NCBI GenBank assembly: GCA_963717135.1
Contig: CAVQVN010000009.1
Location: 632,269 to 696,268 of the forward strand
DNA from: an uncultured Actinomycetota bacterium
Lineage (GTDB): Bacteria; Actinomycetota; Acidimicrobiia; Spongiisociales; UBA4744
Direction of reading: 5' to 3'
Length of the DNA stretch: 64,000 nucleotides
In this document: piece by piece, positions 20,561 through 28,947 of the stretch
Position numbering within the stretch: the first letter of the stretch is position 1
Layout of the letters: each line of letters opens with the position of its first letter
Program-made: the position numbers and the translations under genes
The notes under the pieces: model-generated
What the model saw: only the letters and a program-made list of their open reading frames with translations
What the model was told of the DNA's origin: nothing
Databases searched by the model: none

Positions 20561-21951
20561 CGCATCATTTCCTCGGCCGCCGCATGGGCCAGCGGGATCG
20601 CTTGGCGCAAGGTGGCAACGATGAAGTCCACATCGTCGCGGGTGATGATGAGGGGAGGTGACATGATGTTGAGGTTCTCCACCGGTCGCACGATCAATCC
20701 GAGAGCGTCGCATTCGTTGGATACCCTTTTGCCGATATCTACCTCGTACGGGTAGGCCTCACCGGTCTCGGTATCACGCACGAACTCGATGCACACCATC
20801 AGATGGGATCCACGCACATCACCGACCATGGGCAACTCTCGCAGCGTCTCCAACTGCTCCATGAAGTACGGCCCGATGGCGCGGACGTGCTCGAGGATCC
20901 CTTCGCTCTCCAGGATCTCGATGTTCTTCAGAGCCGCGGCGCAGGACACCGGGTGCCCTCCGTAGGTGAATCCGAGGGGCAGATAGCCTGGTCCGCGACC
21001 CGACTCGGATATCACGTCAAATATCCTGTCCGAGAAGATCGTCGCTCCGAGCGGGAGGTAACCGGAGGTGAGGCCTTTGGCCGACGTGATTATGTCGGGT
21101 TGGATTCCGAACAGCTTCTCGGAGGCGAACCACTCTCCCAGTCGGCCGAAGCCGGTTACCACTTCGTCAGATACATAGATGATGTCGTTGGCTCGGCAGA
21201 ACTCCCAGATCCGCTTGAGGTAGTTGTCGGGTGGAGGAATCACGCCGCCGGCTCCCATTATCGGCTCGGCGAAAAAGGCCGATACGTACCCGGCTCCGCC
21301 GAGTTCCTCTACCTTGGCCTCGAACTCGGCAACCAGTTGATCGGCGAAGGCTTTCTCAGATAACCCTTTTCCGTACCGGTAGATGTTCGGCGAACTCAGA
21401 TGGTGCACATTGTCGAGGAACTCGAACTCGTCGATCCTGTCACCGGGCTTACCGCCGATGGAAACGGCCGCGTAGGTCTGACCGTGATAGGCATCGACCC
21501 GCGAGATCACATGTCGTTTCTCGGGCTTGCCGCGTACAGCTTGGTAGAACTGGGCGATGCGGTAGGCCAGGTCGTTGGCGGTCGACCCGCCGGTGCTGAA
21601 GAACACATGGTTCAGATCGCCCGGAGCCAACTCGGCGAGTTTGGTGGCCAGGTCGGCAGCCGGAATGTGGGTCATGTCCACGAAAGGATTCGAGTAAGCC
21701 AGTCGCCGGACTTGATCGGCAATGGCTTCCACCATGTCTTCACGACCCAGACCAATGTTCGTGCACCACAATCCACCGACTGCATCGACGTATCGCTTGC
21801 CGTTCGTGTCGGTGATGTAGGCACCTGCGCCGGAAGCGATCGGAAGGGCGCCCTCCTCGGCGAAGGTGTCGAACACCTGATAGGGATGGACGTGATGGCG
21901 TTTGTCGCGTTCGACCACGGCCGGGGTTTCGGTGCTCATGTAGTTGGTCAT
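20557..21951 (-). CDS. Class-III (ω-amino acid / diamine) aminotransferase
   Basis: 464 aa. PLP fold-type I class III blocks (…GGLWCTNIGLG…, DEVVTGFGRLGEWF, …SAKGLTSGYLPLGA…). Confidence 0.9.
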   Translation of the reverse strand: MTNYMSTETPAVVERDKRHHVHPYQVFDTFAEEGALPIASGAGAYITDTNGKRYVDAVGGLWCTNIGLGREDMVEAIADQVRRLAYSNPFVDMTHIPAADLATKLAELAPGDLNHVFFSTGGSTANDLAYRIAQFYQAVRGKPEKRHVISRVDAYHGQTYAAVSIGGKPGDRIDEFEFLDNVHHLSSPNIYRYGKGLSEKAFADQLVAEFEAKVEELGGAGYVSAFFAEPIMGAGGVIPPPDNYLKRIWEFCRANDIIYVSDEVVTGFGRLGEWFASEKLFGIQPDIITSAKGLTSGYLPLGATIFSDRIFDVISESGRGPGYLPLGFTYGGHPVSCAAALKNIEILESEGILEHVRAIGPYFMEQLETLRELPMVGDVRGSHLMVCIEFVRDTETGEAYPYEVDIGKRVSNECDALGLIVRPVENLNIMSPPLIITRDDVDFIVATLRQAIPLAHAAAEEMMR

Positions 21952-21983
21952 GTCCGGGTCCTCTCCCTACAGGTTGATGTTCT

Positions 21984-23117
21984 TCAGAATCCGGGGATCT
22001 GTTTTGGGAAGTAGTCCTCCATGTCACCCTCTCGTTCGATGTCGAGCGTCGCGCAATGCAGAGCCCCTCCAAACATCGAAACGTCGATGAAGTCGACCGG
22101 AACGACGTCGAAGCCCAGCCCGTCCAGCTGGTCCATGAAGGCCACCTCGTTCGACTCCACGCAGACCGTGTTGGGATCGAGCGAGAGCACGTTGTAGCCG
22201 AGCGACTCGTGACACATCGAGTAGGGCGGCTGCTTGGCCCCCGACACCGGAGCGCCTTCGATGATCTCCCAGTCGTTCATTCGGAGCAACTCGTGGAACT
22301 CGGGTATCAACGAGGGGTATTTCGGGTTGACGACTATCTGGCCGGGGCGCAGGGGCACGATGGTCACATCGATGTGCCATGGCTGAACCGTCCCACCGAA
22401 CCCGAGAACGTGGACTCGGTAGCCGCGCGACTCAAAGTGGCGTTTGAACCAGTCGATACCGGCACGATTGCTCGGCGCCGAATGCTGGATGAAGATGTCC
22501 TTGCCGAACCGCATGGCGTCCGCCGTGTCGAACAGTGGTTCCTTCTCGGTTAGGTGGAACTCAAAGCGCTCCATGCGTCGGGTTAGCTCCGCCTCGGTCC
22601 ACTTGTTGAAGAAGTCTTCCCAGTAGCCGGGAACGTACGACTCGTCCGACAGCCGGGGCTTGGGTGCCGCCTCCCACAAGAAGTTCGGATCCTCCTTGAA
22701 GTACTGCTCCAGCAGCGGTTTGTAGGCCAGGAACTCGAACCAACGAGCTCGCTGAGACATGGTCGCCTCGAGGATCTCGTGGCCGTAGGCCATGAGAATG
22801 TCGCGGGGGGGCATGGTCCCAAACATGTGGCTGCACTCCCAATCGGGCGTGCGGACGTATTGGCGGTCGTCCATCGAAGTCGGCCGGTCTACCCTGATCC
22901 CCCGGTTGGCGAGCATCGCGGCGAAACTCTCCATTTGCTCCGTCGCCTTCTCCACGTACGTGTCGGGAATAGGCGTCCACTCTCCCGGCTTGAGCCCGAG
23001 TTCGGGAAGATCGAGAACCATCCCCGCTTCGGGTGCCCCCACCATCCGGCTGTCGATTCGACCAACAATGACATGCTTGAGAGGGTCCCACTCATTCCAC
23101 GAGTTGACCTTCGTCAT
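21984..23117 (-). CDS. Amidinotransferase (glycine/inosamine amidinotransferase family), paralog 1
   Basis: 377 aa. Collinear with the AGAT/StrB family as recalled from memory (NEWDPL…VIVGR, PRDIL…GNEILEATM, WEAAPKP, FDAADA…RFGKDIFIQHS, HIDVT, GGALHCATLD with the catalytic Cys near the C-terminus). First gene of a 5-gene coupled operon. Confidence 0.85.
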   Translation of the reverse strand: MTKVNSWNEWDPLKHVIVGRIDSRMVGAPEAGMVLDLPELGLKPGEWTPIPDTYVEKATEQMESFAAMLANRGIRVDRPTSMDDRQYVRTPDWECSHMFGTMPPRDILMAYGHEILEATMSQRARWFEFLAYKPLLEQYFKEDPNFLWEAAPKPRLSDESYVPGYWEDFFNKWTEAELTRRMERFEFHLTEKEPLFDTADAMRFGKDIFIQHSAPSNRAGIDWFKRHFESRGYRVHVLGFGGTVQPWHIDVTIVPLRPGQIVVNPKYPSLIPEFHELLRMNDWEIIEGAPVSGAKQPPYSMCHESLGYNVLSLDPNTVCVESNEVAFMDQLDGLGFDVVPVDFIDVSMFGGALHCATLDIEREGDMEDYFPKQIPGF

Positions 23118-23153
23118 CGGTCACCTTCCGGCAGAGGAGCGATTACCGGACTA

Positions 23154-23169
23154 GCCTATCAAATGATAG
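23154..23169. promoter_or_regulatory. AmtR-box-like palindrome CCTATC-AAAT-GATAGA (copy 2) between amidinotransferase-1 operon and divergent TetR/AmtR-like gene
   Basis: Seen directly. 37 bp upstream of the amidinotransferase-1 start. Confidence 0.6.
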
Positions 23170-23283
23170 ATAGACTGTCGAAGAGGAACCCGAAATGCCC
23201 TTCATGAGCCCGACCGTGGGGCTTTGGCAAAGATATGCCGAGTTTCGGCAGGAGCCATCCGACCGGTCAGATTTGGAGTGTCC

Positions 23284-23937
23284 ATGACGAAGGCAACCGC
23301 CGGCGATGAGCCCGGGACTCGTGAACGCATCCTGGTCGAAGCTTCGCGCCTCCTGTCGCTCAACGGATACCGTGCCACAACGACCCGAGAAATCGCAGCC
23401 GCCGTGGGCATCAGTCAGCCGTCACTGTTCTTCCACTTCCCGACCAAGCGAGCGATCGTTGAGGAGTTGTATCGGTCCGATCTCATCCCGGCCTTGCGAG
23501 GCTTCGAGAACGTCGTAGCGAGCCAAGGCACACCGGGCGCCAAACTATTCGCGATGATCGCCGGTGAAGTGGATCGGGCCATGGGTTCCCCCTTCGACAT
23601 GCGTGCCTATATCAGCTTTGAGGCTCTCAATGACCCCGAGTTGGAGGAATTCCGCGATCTCCTACAGCAGTTCGATGACCTGACCGGCGAGTTGATTCGC
23701 GCCGGCCAGAAGTCCGGTCAGTTCATCAAGGGAGACGCGTGGTTGGCCCAACAGATGGTGAGCGGGTTCCTGGCCCGATCGAACCTGTTCCTCACTACAG
23801 ATGAGAGTCGTCGACCGTTCCACCCGGAAGAATCGGCCTCGATGATCTTGCGAGCTCTTCTCGCGGATCCAGAAACGCTGACCACTGTGAGAGCGGAGGC
23901 GGTCCATCTGATCACGGCCTACAACGCCGGCTTGTAG
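23284..23937 (+). CDS. TetR-family transcriptional regulator, AmtR-like
   Basis: 217 aa from ATG 23284. HTH region TTTREIAAAVGISQPSLFFHFPTKRAIV resembles C. glutamicum AmtR as I recall it (…QIADAVGIRQASLYYHFPSK…). An AmtR-type box lies in its own upstream region. Confidence 0.75.
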   Translation: MTKATAGDEPGTRERILVEASRLLSLNGYRATTTREIAAAVGISQPSLFFHFPTKRAIVEELYRSDLIPALRGFENVVASQGTPGAKLFAMIAGEVDRAMGSPFDMRAYISFEALNDPELEEFRDLLQQFDDLTGELIRAGQKSGQFIKGDAWLAQQMVSGFLARSNLFLTTDESRRPFHPEESASMILRALLADPETLTTVRAEAVHLITAYNAGL

Positions 23938-23953
23938 CCTGGTTGCGGGTAGC

Positions 23954-23971
23954 GCGACCTATCAAGAACAG
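23954..23971. promoter_or_regulatory. Motif CGACCTATCAAGAACA (half-site-like) ~50 bp upstream of amidase start; near-identical copy at 56391-56408
   Basis: Seen directly. Function unknown. Confidence 0.3.
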
Positions 23972-24015
23972 CTAGCCAAGCGCACATAGACAGAATCGAG
24001 AGAACTGGAGTGCTC

Positions 24016-25446
24016 ATGTCCGACGAACTCAGTCACCTCAGTGCGACTGAAGCACTCGCTTTGTTCCGCAGCCGGGAGCTTGCGCCGCTAGAACTCCTCG
24101 AAGCGGTGATGGCCCGTGCCCACGCTACCGAGCCGCTCGTCAATGCCTTCATGGATACCTACTTCGATGAGGCTCGCCAACAGGCAGAAGCAGCGGGTGA
24201 GGCGTACGCAACGGGAACGGCCAGGCCTTTGGAAGGTCTGCCGATCGCCGCCAAGGACGAACCCCGGGTCGACGGGAGACGGTGGACTCAGGGTTCCCTG
24301 CTCTTCGAGAACGAGATTGCCTCTGGGACCGACCCGATCACCGAGCGGGTTCTCGATGCCGGCGGCATCATCCACGCCCACACGACGACTCCGGAATTCT
24401 CAATGGCAATCGTTACGTGGACCTATCTCCACGGAATCACCAGGTCCCCCTGGAACCCGGCCATGACGTCGGGCGGTTCATCCGGAGGATCGGGGGCCAG
24501 CCTGGCATCCGGGTCGTCACTGCTGGCGACCGGGAGTGATATCGGCGGATCGATCAGAATCCCCGCCTCCATGAATGGAGTGGTCGGGTTCAAGCCACCC
24601 TGGGGTCGGGTCCCCGAATTCTGGCCGTGGAACCGTGAGCCGTACGCCGCTTCCGGGCCAATGGGGCGGACGGTAAAAGACGTCATCTTGTTTGAGAACG
24701 CCCTCTCCGGACCGCTGCCCGGCGACATGTTCTCATCGCCGCCACTCGACGTGCCGACCGATTTGCCCCCCGTCGGCGGAATGCGAATCGCTCTGAGCGC
24801 CGATCTTGGCTACTTCAACCCGGACGGTGAAATCGTCAACGCTCTGGAGTCGACCGCCGCCCAACTGCGCGAACTCGGGGCGGTGGTTGATCCGGTTGAC
24901 TTGGCATGGACCGATCAAGCCGAGGACACGGCATTGACGCACCTCTCGTTCCAATCCCGCCCAATCCTGCGCGGGTCGGTTCCCGACGAGTCAGATGACC
25001 GGTTGACTCCCTACATCAGGGAATTCCTCCAGCGGCCTCCCGTGTCCGTAGAGGAGTGGATGGAGAGCTGGCGCTACGCCGATGAGATGTACGAAGAACT
25101 GCAAAGCAAAGTGTTCCTGGCCGGCTACGACGCGTTGATCTGCCCGACACTGGTTACCACCTCCATCCCCGCCGATCTCGGTCATCCGGACTCAGGTTCG
25201 ACGAGCGATCTCGGCGAGCAACTGAAGCTCGTCATGACGTACCCGTTCAACATCCTTGGGCGGCTTCCGGTAGTCAACGTTCCCATCGGACTCGCTCCGA
25301 GCACCGGGGTTCCGATCGGGATGCAGATCGTCGGTCCGGTCGATGCCGATGCCATTCCCTTCCGGGTGGCTCTGGGACTCGAGGCAGAGTCCGGCAATCT
25401 CTTCGAGCATCATCGGCCGAGCCTGGGTCAACCGATCAGGAACTGA
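24016..25446 (+). CDS. Amidase (amidase-signature family)
   Basis: GGSSGGSGA signature with Ser-cisSer-Lys context (…KDEPRVDG…). ATG 24016 preceded by GGAG. Confidence 0.85.
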   Translation: MSDELSHLSATEALALFRSRELAPLELLEAVMARAHATEPLVNAFMDTYFDEARQQAEAAGEAYATGTARPLEGLPIAAKDEPRVDGRRWTQGSLLFENEIASGTDPITERVLDAGGIIHAHTTTPEFSMAIVTWTYLHGITRSPWNPAMTSGGSSGGSGASLASGSSLLATGSDIGGSIRIPASMNGVVGFKPPWGRVPEFWPWNREPYAASGPMGRTVKDVILFENALSGPLPGDMFSSPPLDVPTDLPPVGGMRIALSADLGYFNPDGEIVNALESTAAQLRELGAVVDPVDLAWTDQAEDTALTHLSFQSRPILRGSVPDESDDRLTPYIREFLQRPPVSVEEWMESWRYADEMYEELQSKVFLAGYDALICPTLVTTSIPADLGHPDSGSTSDLGEQLKLVMTYPFNILGRLPVVNVPIGLAPSTGVPIGMQIVGPVDADAIPFRVALGLEAESGNLFEHHRPSLGQPIRN

Positions 25447-26419
25447 TTCCCGCGGCCCGTTCGGCGATCCCGTTGAGGATCTCGAGGACTATCCGGTTGG
25501 CGAGAAACGAAGTGATCGCCCCCGGCCCGTCGTAGGGAGGAGATACCTCGACGATGTCGGCGCCCACGATGTTCAACTCTCGAGCCATCCTCCGGACCGA
25601 ATCGAGAATCTGCCGGCTGGTGAGACCGCCCGGTTCGGGGGTGCCCGTGCCGGGTGCCATTCCTGGATCCACGACGTCGATGTCGATCGACAGGAACACG
25701 CCGGTCGCTCCCTCGCCGGCGTAGGCGACCGCCTCGTCGACAACCGGCTTCAGCCCTCGATCTTCGATCTCGGTCATCAGGTAGCCACGCATGCCCTGGT
25801 CGCGCATCCAGGCCACGGTGTCGGGACCCGGCCAATAGCCCCGCAGCCCGATCTGCACGAACCGGTGTCCGGGCACCGCCCCCGATTCGATCAGCCTGCG
25901 CATCGGTGTTCCATGCCCGTAGAGCGATCCGTACCCGGTCATTTCGCCGGTATCCGGGTGGGCATCGAAATGAACGAGCGCCACTTCACCAAATCCAAAC
26001 ACTCGGGCAACTCCGGTGGCATTCGCATAGGTGATCGTGTGATCACCGCCGAGCACGATCGGGATCGAACCCGCCGCGGCCACACGCTCAACGGCGGAGG
26101 TGATGCGTTCCAGATCTCCTTCGATGTCCCCGGGATGCATCTCAACGTCGCCGATGTCGACTACCCCCTCTAGGGCATTGAGCCCGGTCGGGAGATGAGG
26201 CCGGTAGCCGTCGGCAGCGATGTAGTCGCTCTCACGGATGGCTTTCGGCCCGAACCGAGCACCCGGCCGATAGGAGGTGCCCCAGTCAAACGGCGCCCCC
26301 ATGATGACAACCCGGGCTCCCTGGAAGTCCTCGAGGGTGGCAGCCGGAACCCCGGCGAAAGAACTCGCAGCCGCAAAGGCGTGCAGGCGGCCCGACTCGA
26401 ATGGCATTCCAGCATTCAT
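25436..26419 (-). CDS. Ureohydrolase (arginase/agmatinase/guanidino-acid hydrolase family)
   Basis: 327 aa. Mn-binding motifs GGDHTIT, DAHPD, SIDIDVVDP. Confidence 0.85.
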   Translation of the reverse strand: MNAGMPFESGRLHAFAAASSFAGVPAATLEDFQGARVVIMGAPFDWGTSYRPGARFGPKAIRESDYIAADGYRPHLPTGLNALEGVVDIGDVEMHPGDIEGDLERITSAVERVAAAGSIPIVLGGDHTITYANATGVARVFGFGEVALVHFDAHPDTGEMTGYGSLYGHGTPMRRLIESGAVPGHRFVQIGLRGYWPGPDTVAWMRDQGMRGYLMTEIEDRGLKPVVDEAVAYAGEGATGVFLSIDIDVVDPGMAPGTGTPEPGGLTSRQILDSVRRMARELNIVGADIVEVSPPYDGPGAITSFLANRIVLEILNGIAERAAGISS

Positions 26420-26481
26420 CGACTTCTCCGCGGCATCTCCTGTGGCTCAGTCCCGCGTGAATCGAGCGCGAGCCACGATCT

Positions 26482-27603
26482 TCAGCAAGTCGCCAGAGCT
26501 TCCAGGGGCTCGACGTATTGATAGCCGAGTGCTCGAGCAACGTGCTCTTCGGTGACCTTGCCCTTGCAGACGTTGAGCCCTCCCAGCAAATGCTCATCGT
26601 CGAGCATCGCCTGCTTGGCTCCCTTGTCGGCCAGCGCCAGCGTAAACGGCAAGGTGGCGTTGTTGAGGGCATACGTTGACGTGCGCGGCACTGCTCCCGG
26701 CATGTTGGCAACGCAGTAGTGCACGATGTCGTCGACCACGTAGGTGGGATCTTCATGCGTGGTCGGGCGGGATGTTTCGAAGCAGCCGCCCTGATCGATG
26801 GCCACGTCGACCACGACTGAACCGGGTCGCATACGTTTGATCATGTCGGCGGTGACCAACCGGGGCGCCCGGTCACCCTTGACGAGGACGGCTCCCACCA
26901 CCAGATCGGCATCGAGCACCCACTCTTCCAGTGCCGAGGCGGTCGAGTAGACGGTCTGCAGAGCGGTGCCAAAGCGACGGGCGAGCCGATCGAGGACGGC
27001 GATGTTGTTGTCGAGGACTATGACTTCGGCTCCCAACCCGGCCGCCATCTGGATGGCATGCTCACCAACTACCCCACCGCCGATCACCACGACATTGGCG
27101 GCCTTGACTCCCGGCACTCCACCCAGCAGCAACCCGGATCCCCCGCTGGGGGCTTCCAGGCAATGCGCCCCGGCCTGGATCGACATACGACCGGCCACTT
27201 GCGACATCGGGGCCAACAGGGGCAAACCGCCCTCACGGTCGGTGACGGTCTCATAGGCGATACAGGTGGATCCACTCTCGACGAGTTCCCTCGTCTGATC
27301 GGGGTCGGGAGCAAGATGAAGATAGGTGAAGAGCACCTGATCTTCACCGAGCTGGGCCCGTTCCACAGCCTGCGGTTCCTTGACCTTGACTACCATCTCG
27401 GCCTGGTCCCAGACTTCTGCCGACGATGGAGCGATCCGGGCTCCGGCGGCGACGTATGCTTCGTCGGCCGCGCCGATCCCGATACCTGCACCTGATTCGA
27501 CCAGCACCTGGTGCCCGTGGGCAACGAGCTCTCTGACACTGGCCGGCGTCAGACCGACGCGTCGTTCCGCTTTCTTAATCTCTTTCGGGGCACCAACCAG
27601 CAT
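26482..27603 (-). CDS. ald: Alanine dehydrogenase
   Basis: Start reassigned to ATG 27603 (MLVGAPKEIK…) with a GGAGGT RBS. AlaDH/PNT N- and C-domains, NAD motif VIGGGVVG. Confidence 0.9.
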   Translation of the reverse strand: MLVGAPKEIKKAERRVGLTPASVRELVAHGHQVLVESGAGIGIGAADEAYVAAGARIAPSSAEVWDQAEMVVKVKEPQAVERAQLGEDQVLFTYLHLAPDPDQTRELVESGSTCIAYETVTDREGGLPLLAPMSQVAGRMSIQAGAHCLEAPSGGSGLLLGGVPGVKAANVVVIGGGVVGEHAIQMAAGLGAEVIVLDNNIAVLDRLARRFGTALQTVYSTASALEEWVLDADLVVGAVLVKGDRAPRLVTADMIKRMRPGSVVVDVAIDQGGCFETSRPTTHEDPTYVVDDIVHYCVANMPGAVPRTSTYALNNATLPFTLALADKGAKQAMLDDEHLLGGLNVCKGKVTEEHVARALGYQYVEPLEALATC

Positions 27604-27628
27604 TTCGCTATACCTCCGTTGCGAGCCG

Positions 27629-28843
27629 TCAAGCGGCTGCCAATACGACGCGAATAGACAAGAGCAGCTTATCGATCTGCTCATCGGTGATGACCAGAGG
27701 CGGGCACATTGACATATGGGGCGGAATCGGTCGAATGATCACACCTTCTTTCAGAAGGGCATCGCGGGCGGCGAGCACGTTCACACCGTCGGGCAGCGTG
27801 ATCGCCCACACGGCCCCCTCTCCCCGAACATCGACCACCAGGCCGTCGTCGCGCAATGCGAACAAGCCGGCCGACAACCGTCGGCCGATCTCGGTCGCCC
27901 GGGCCAGCAAGCCCTCGCGCTCCTGAATCTCGATGCACTTGAGGGCGGCGATACACCCGAGCGGATGACCCGAATACGTGTAGCCCGTCCTCAGCACGAA
28001 TCCCTCGTTCGCCTCCAGACCCTCCAGTACCGACGGTCCCACGATGACTCCCGACAACGGCACGTAGCCGGAGGTAACTGCCTTGGCGAAGGTGATCATG
28101 TCCGGGGTGACTCCGTAGAACTGGCTGCCAAACCATTCCCCGAGTCTCCCGAAACCGGTGATAACTTCGTCGAAAATGAGGAAGGCGCCGTACGTGTCGC
28201 ACAGATCGCGGAGGTGTGACAGGTATCCCTCCGGCGGCGGCCACACTCCCCCCGCCCCCTGGACCGGCTCGGTGATGACCGCGGCGATTTCGTCGCCATG
28301 CTCGGCGAAGATCCTCTTCATCGCTTCGTCGTCATCGGCCACCACATTGATGATGCCCGGGACCAATGGACCGAAACCGTCGCGGTTCGGGGCGATACCT
28401 TGCACCGAGGTTCCACCGTAGTTGGTGCCGTGATAGCCCCGCTCCCGGCTGACGATGACGTGCTTGTGGGGATTGCCTGCCTCACGGTGGGCAATCCGGG
28501 CCAGCTTCATCGCAGTGTCGACTGCCTCGGATCCGGAGGAGCCAAAGAACACCCGGGCTCGCTCAAAGGGCGACAGCTCGGCGATCTTGGCGGCCAACTC
28601 CTCGCTGGGCGGGTTCGTGAACGGGTCAAACGTGTGGTACGCCCCCAGTTTCCCGGCCTGTTCGGCTATCGCTTGGGCGATTTCTTCTCTTCCGTAGCCG
28701 ACGTTGGCATACCACAGAGAGCCCATACCGTCGATGTACTCGTTGCCCTGATCGTCGAAAATCAGGGCCCCCCGACCGCCGACGATCGAGATGAACTCGT
28801 CCTTGCGGGGCGGCGTGAATGGGTGCAAAAACGAGCTGGGCAT
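27629..28843 (-). CDS. Class-III aminotransferase, paralog 2
   Basis: Start at ATG 28843 (MPSSFLHPFTPP…) with an AGGAGG RBS. The listed ORF's extra 37 aa are upstream read-through. DEVITGFGRLGEWF block. Confidence 0.85.
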   Translation of the reverse strand: MPSSFLHPFTPPRKDEFISIVGGRGALIFDDQGNEYIDGMGSLWYANVGYGREEIAQAIAEQAGKLGAYHTFDPFTNPPSEELAAKIAELSPFERARVFFGSSGSEAVDTAMKLARIAHREAGNPHKHVIVSRERGYHGTNYGGTSVQGIAPNRDGFGPLVPGIINVVADDDEAMKRIFAEHGDEIAAVITEPVQGAGGVWPPPEGYLSHLRDLCDTYGAFLIFDEVITGFGRLGEWFGSQFYGVTPDMITFAKAVTSGYVPLSGVIVGPSVLEGLEANEGFVLRTGYTYSGHPLGCIAALKCIEIQEREGLLARATEIGRRLSAGLFALRDDGLVVDVRGEGAVWAITLPDGVNVLAARDALLKEGVIIRPIPPHMSMCPPLVITDEQIDKLLLSIRVVLAAA

Positions 28844-28866
28844 GGCCACTGCCTCCTGGTTGTTTT

Positions 28867-28882
28867 CCCTATCGGGTGATAG
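28867..28882. promoter_or_regulatory. AmtR-box-like palindrome CCTATC-GGGT-GATAGG (copy 3) in divergent aminotransferase-2 / amidinotransferase-2 promoter region
   Basis: Seen directly. 24 bp from the aminotransferase-2 start codon and 66 bp from the amidinotransferase-2 start. Confidence 0.6.
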
Positions 28883-28947
28883 GTAGTATATCGCCCACGA
28901 CCGCGCCGGACAACGCGGAATCCCCTGGACAAGAGTGAGGAGACGCT

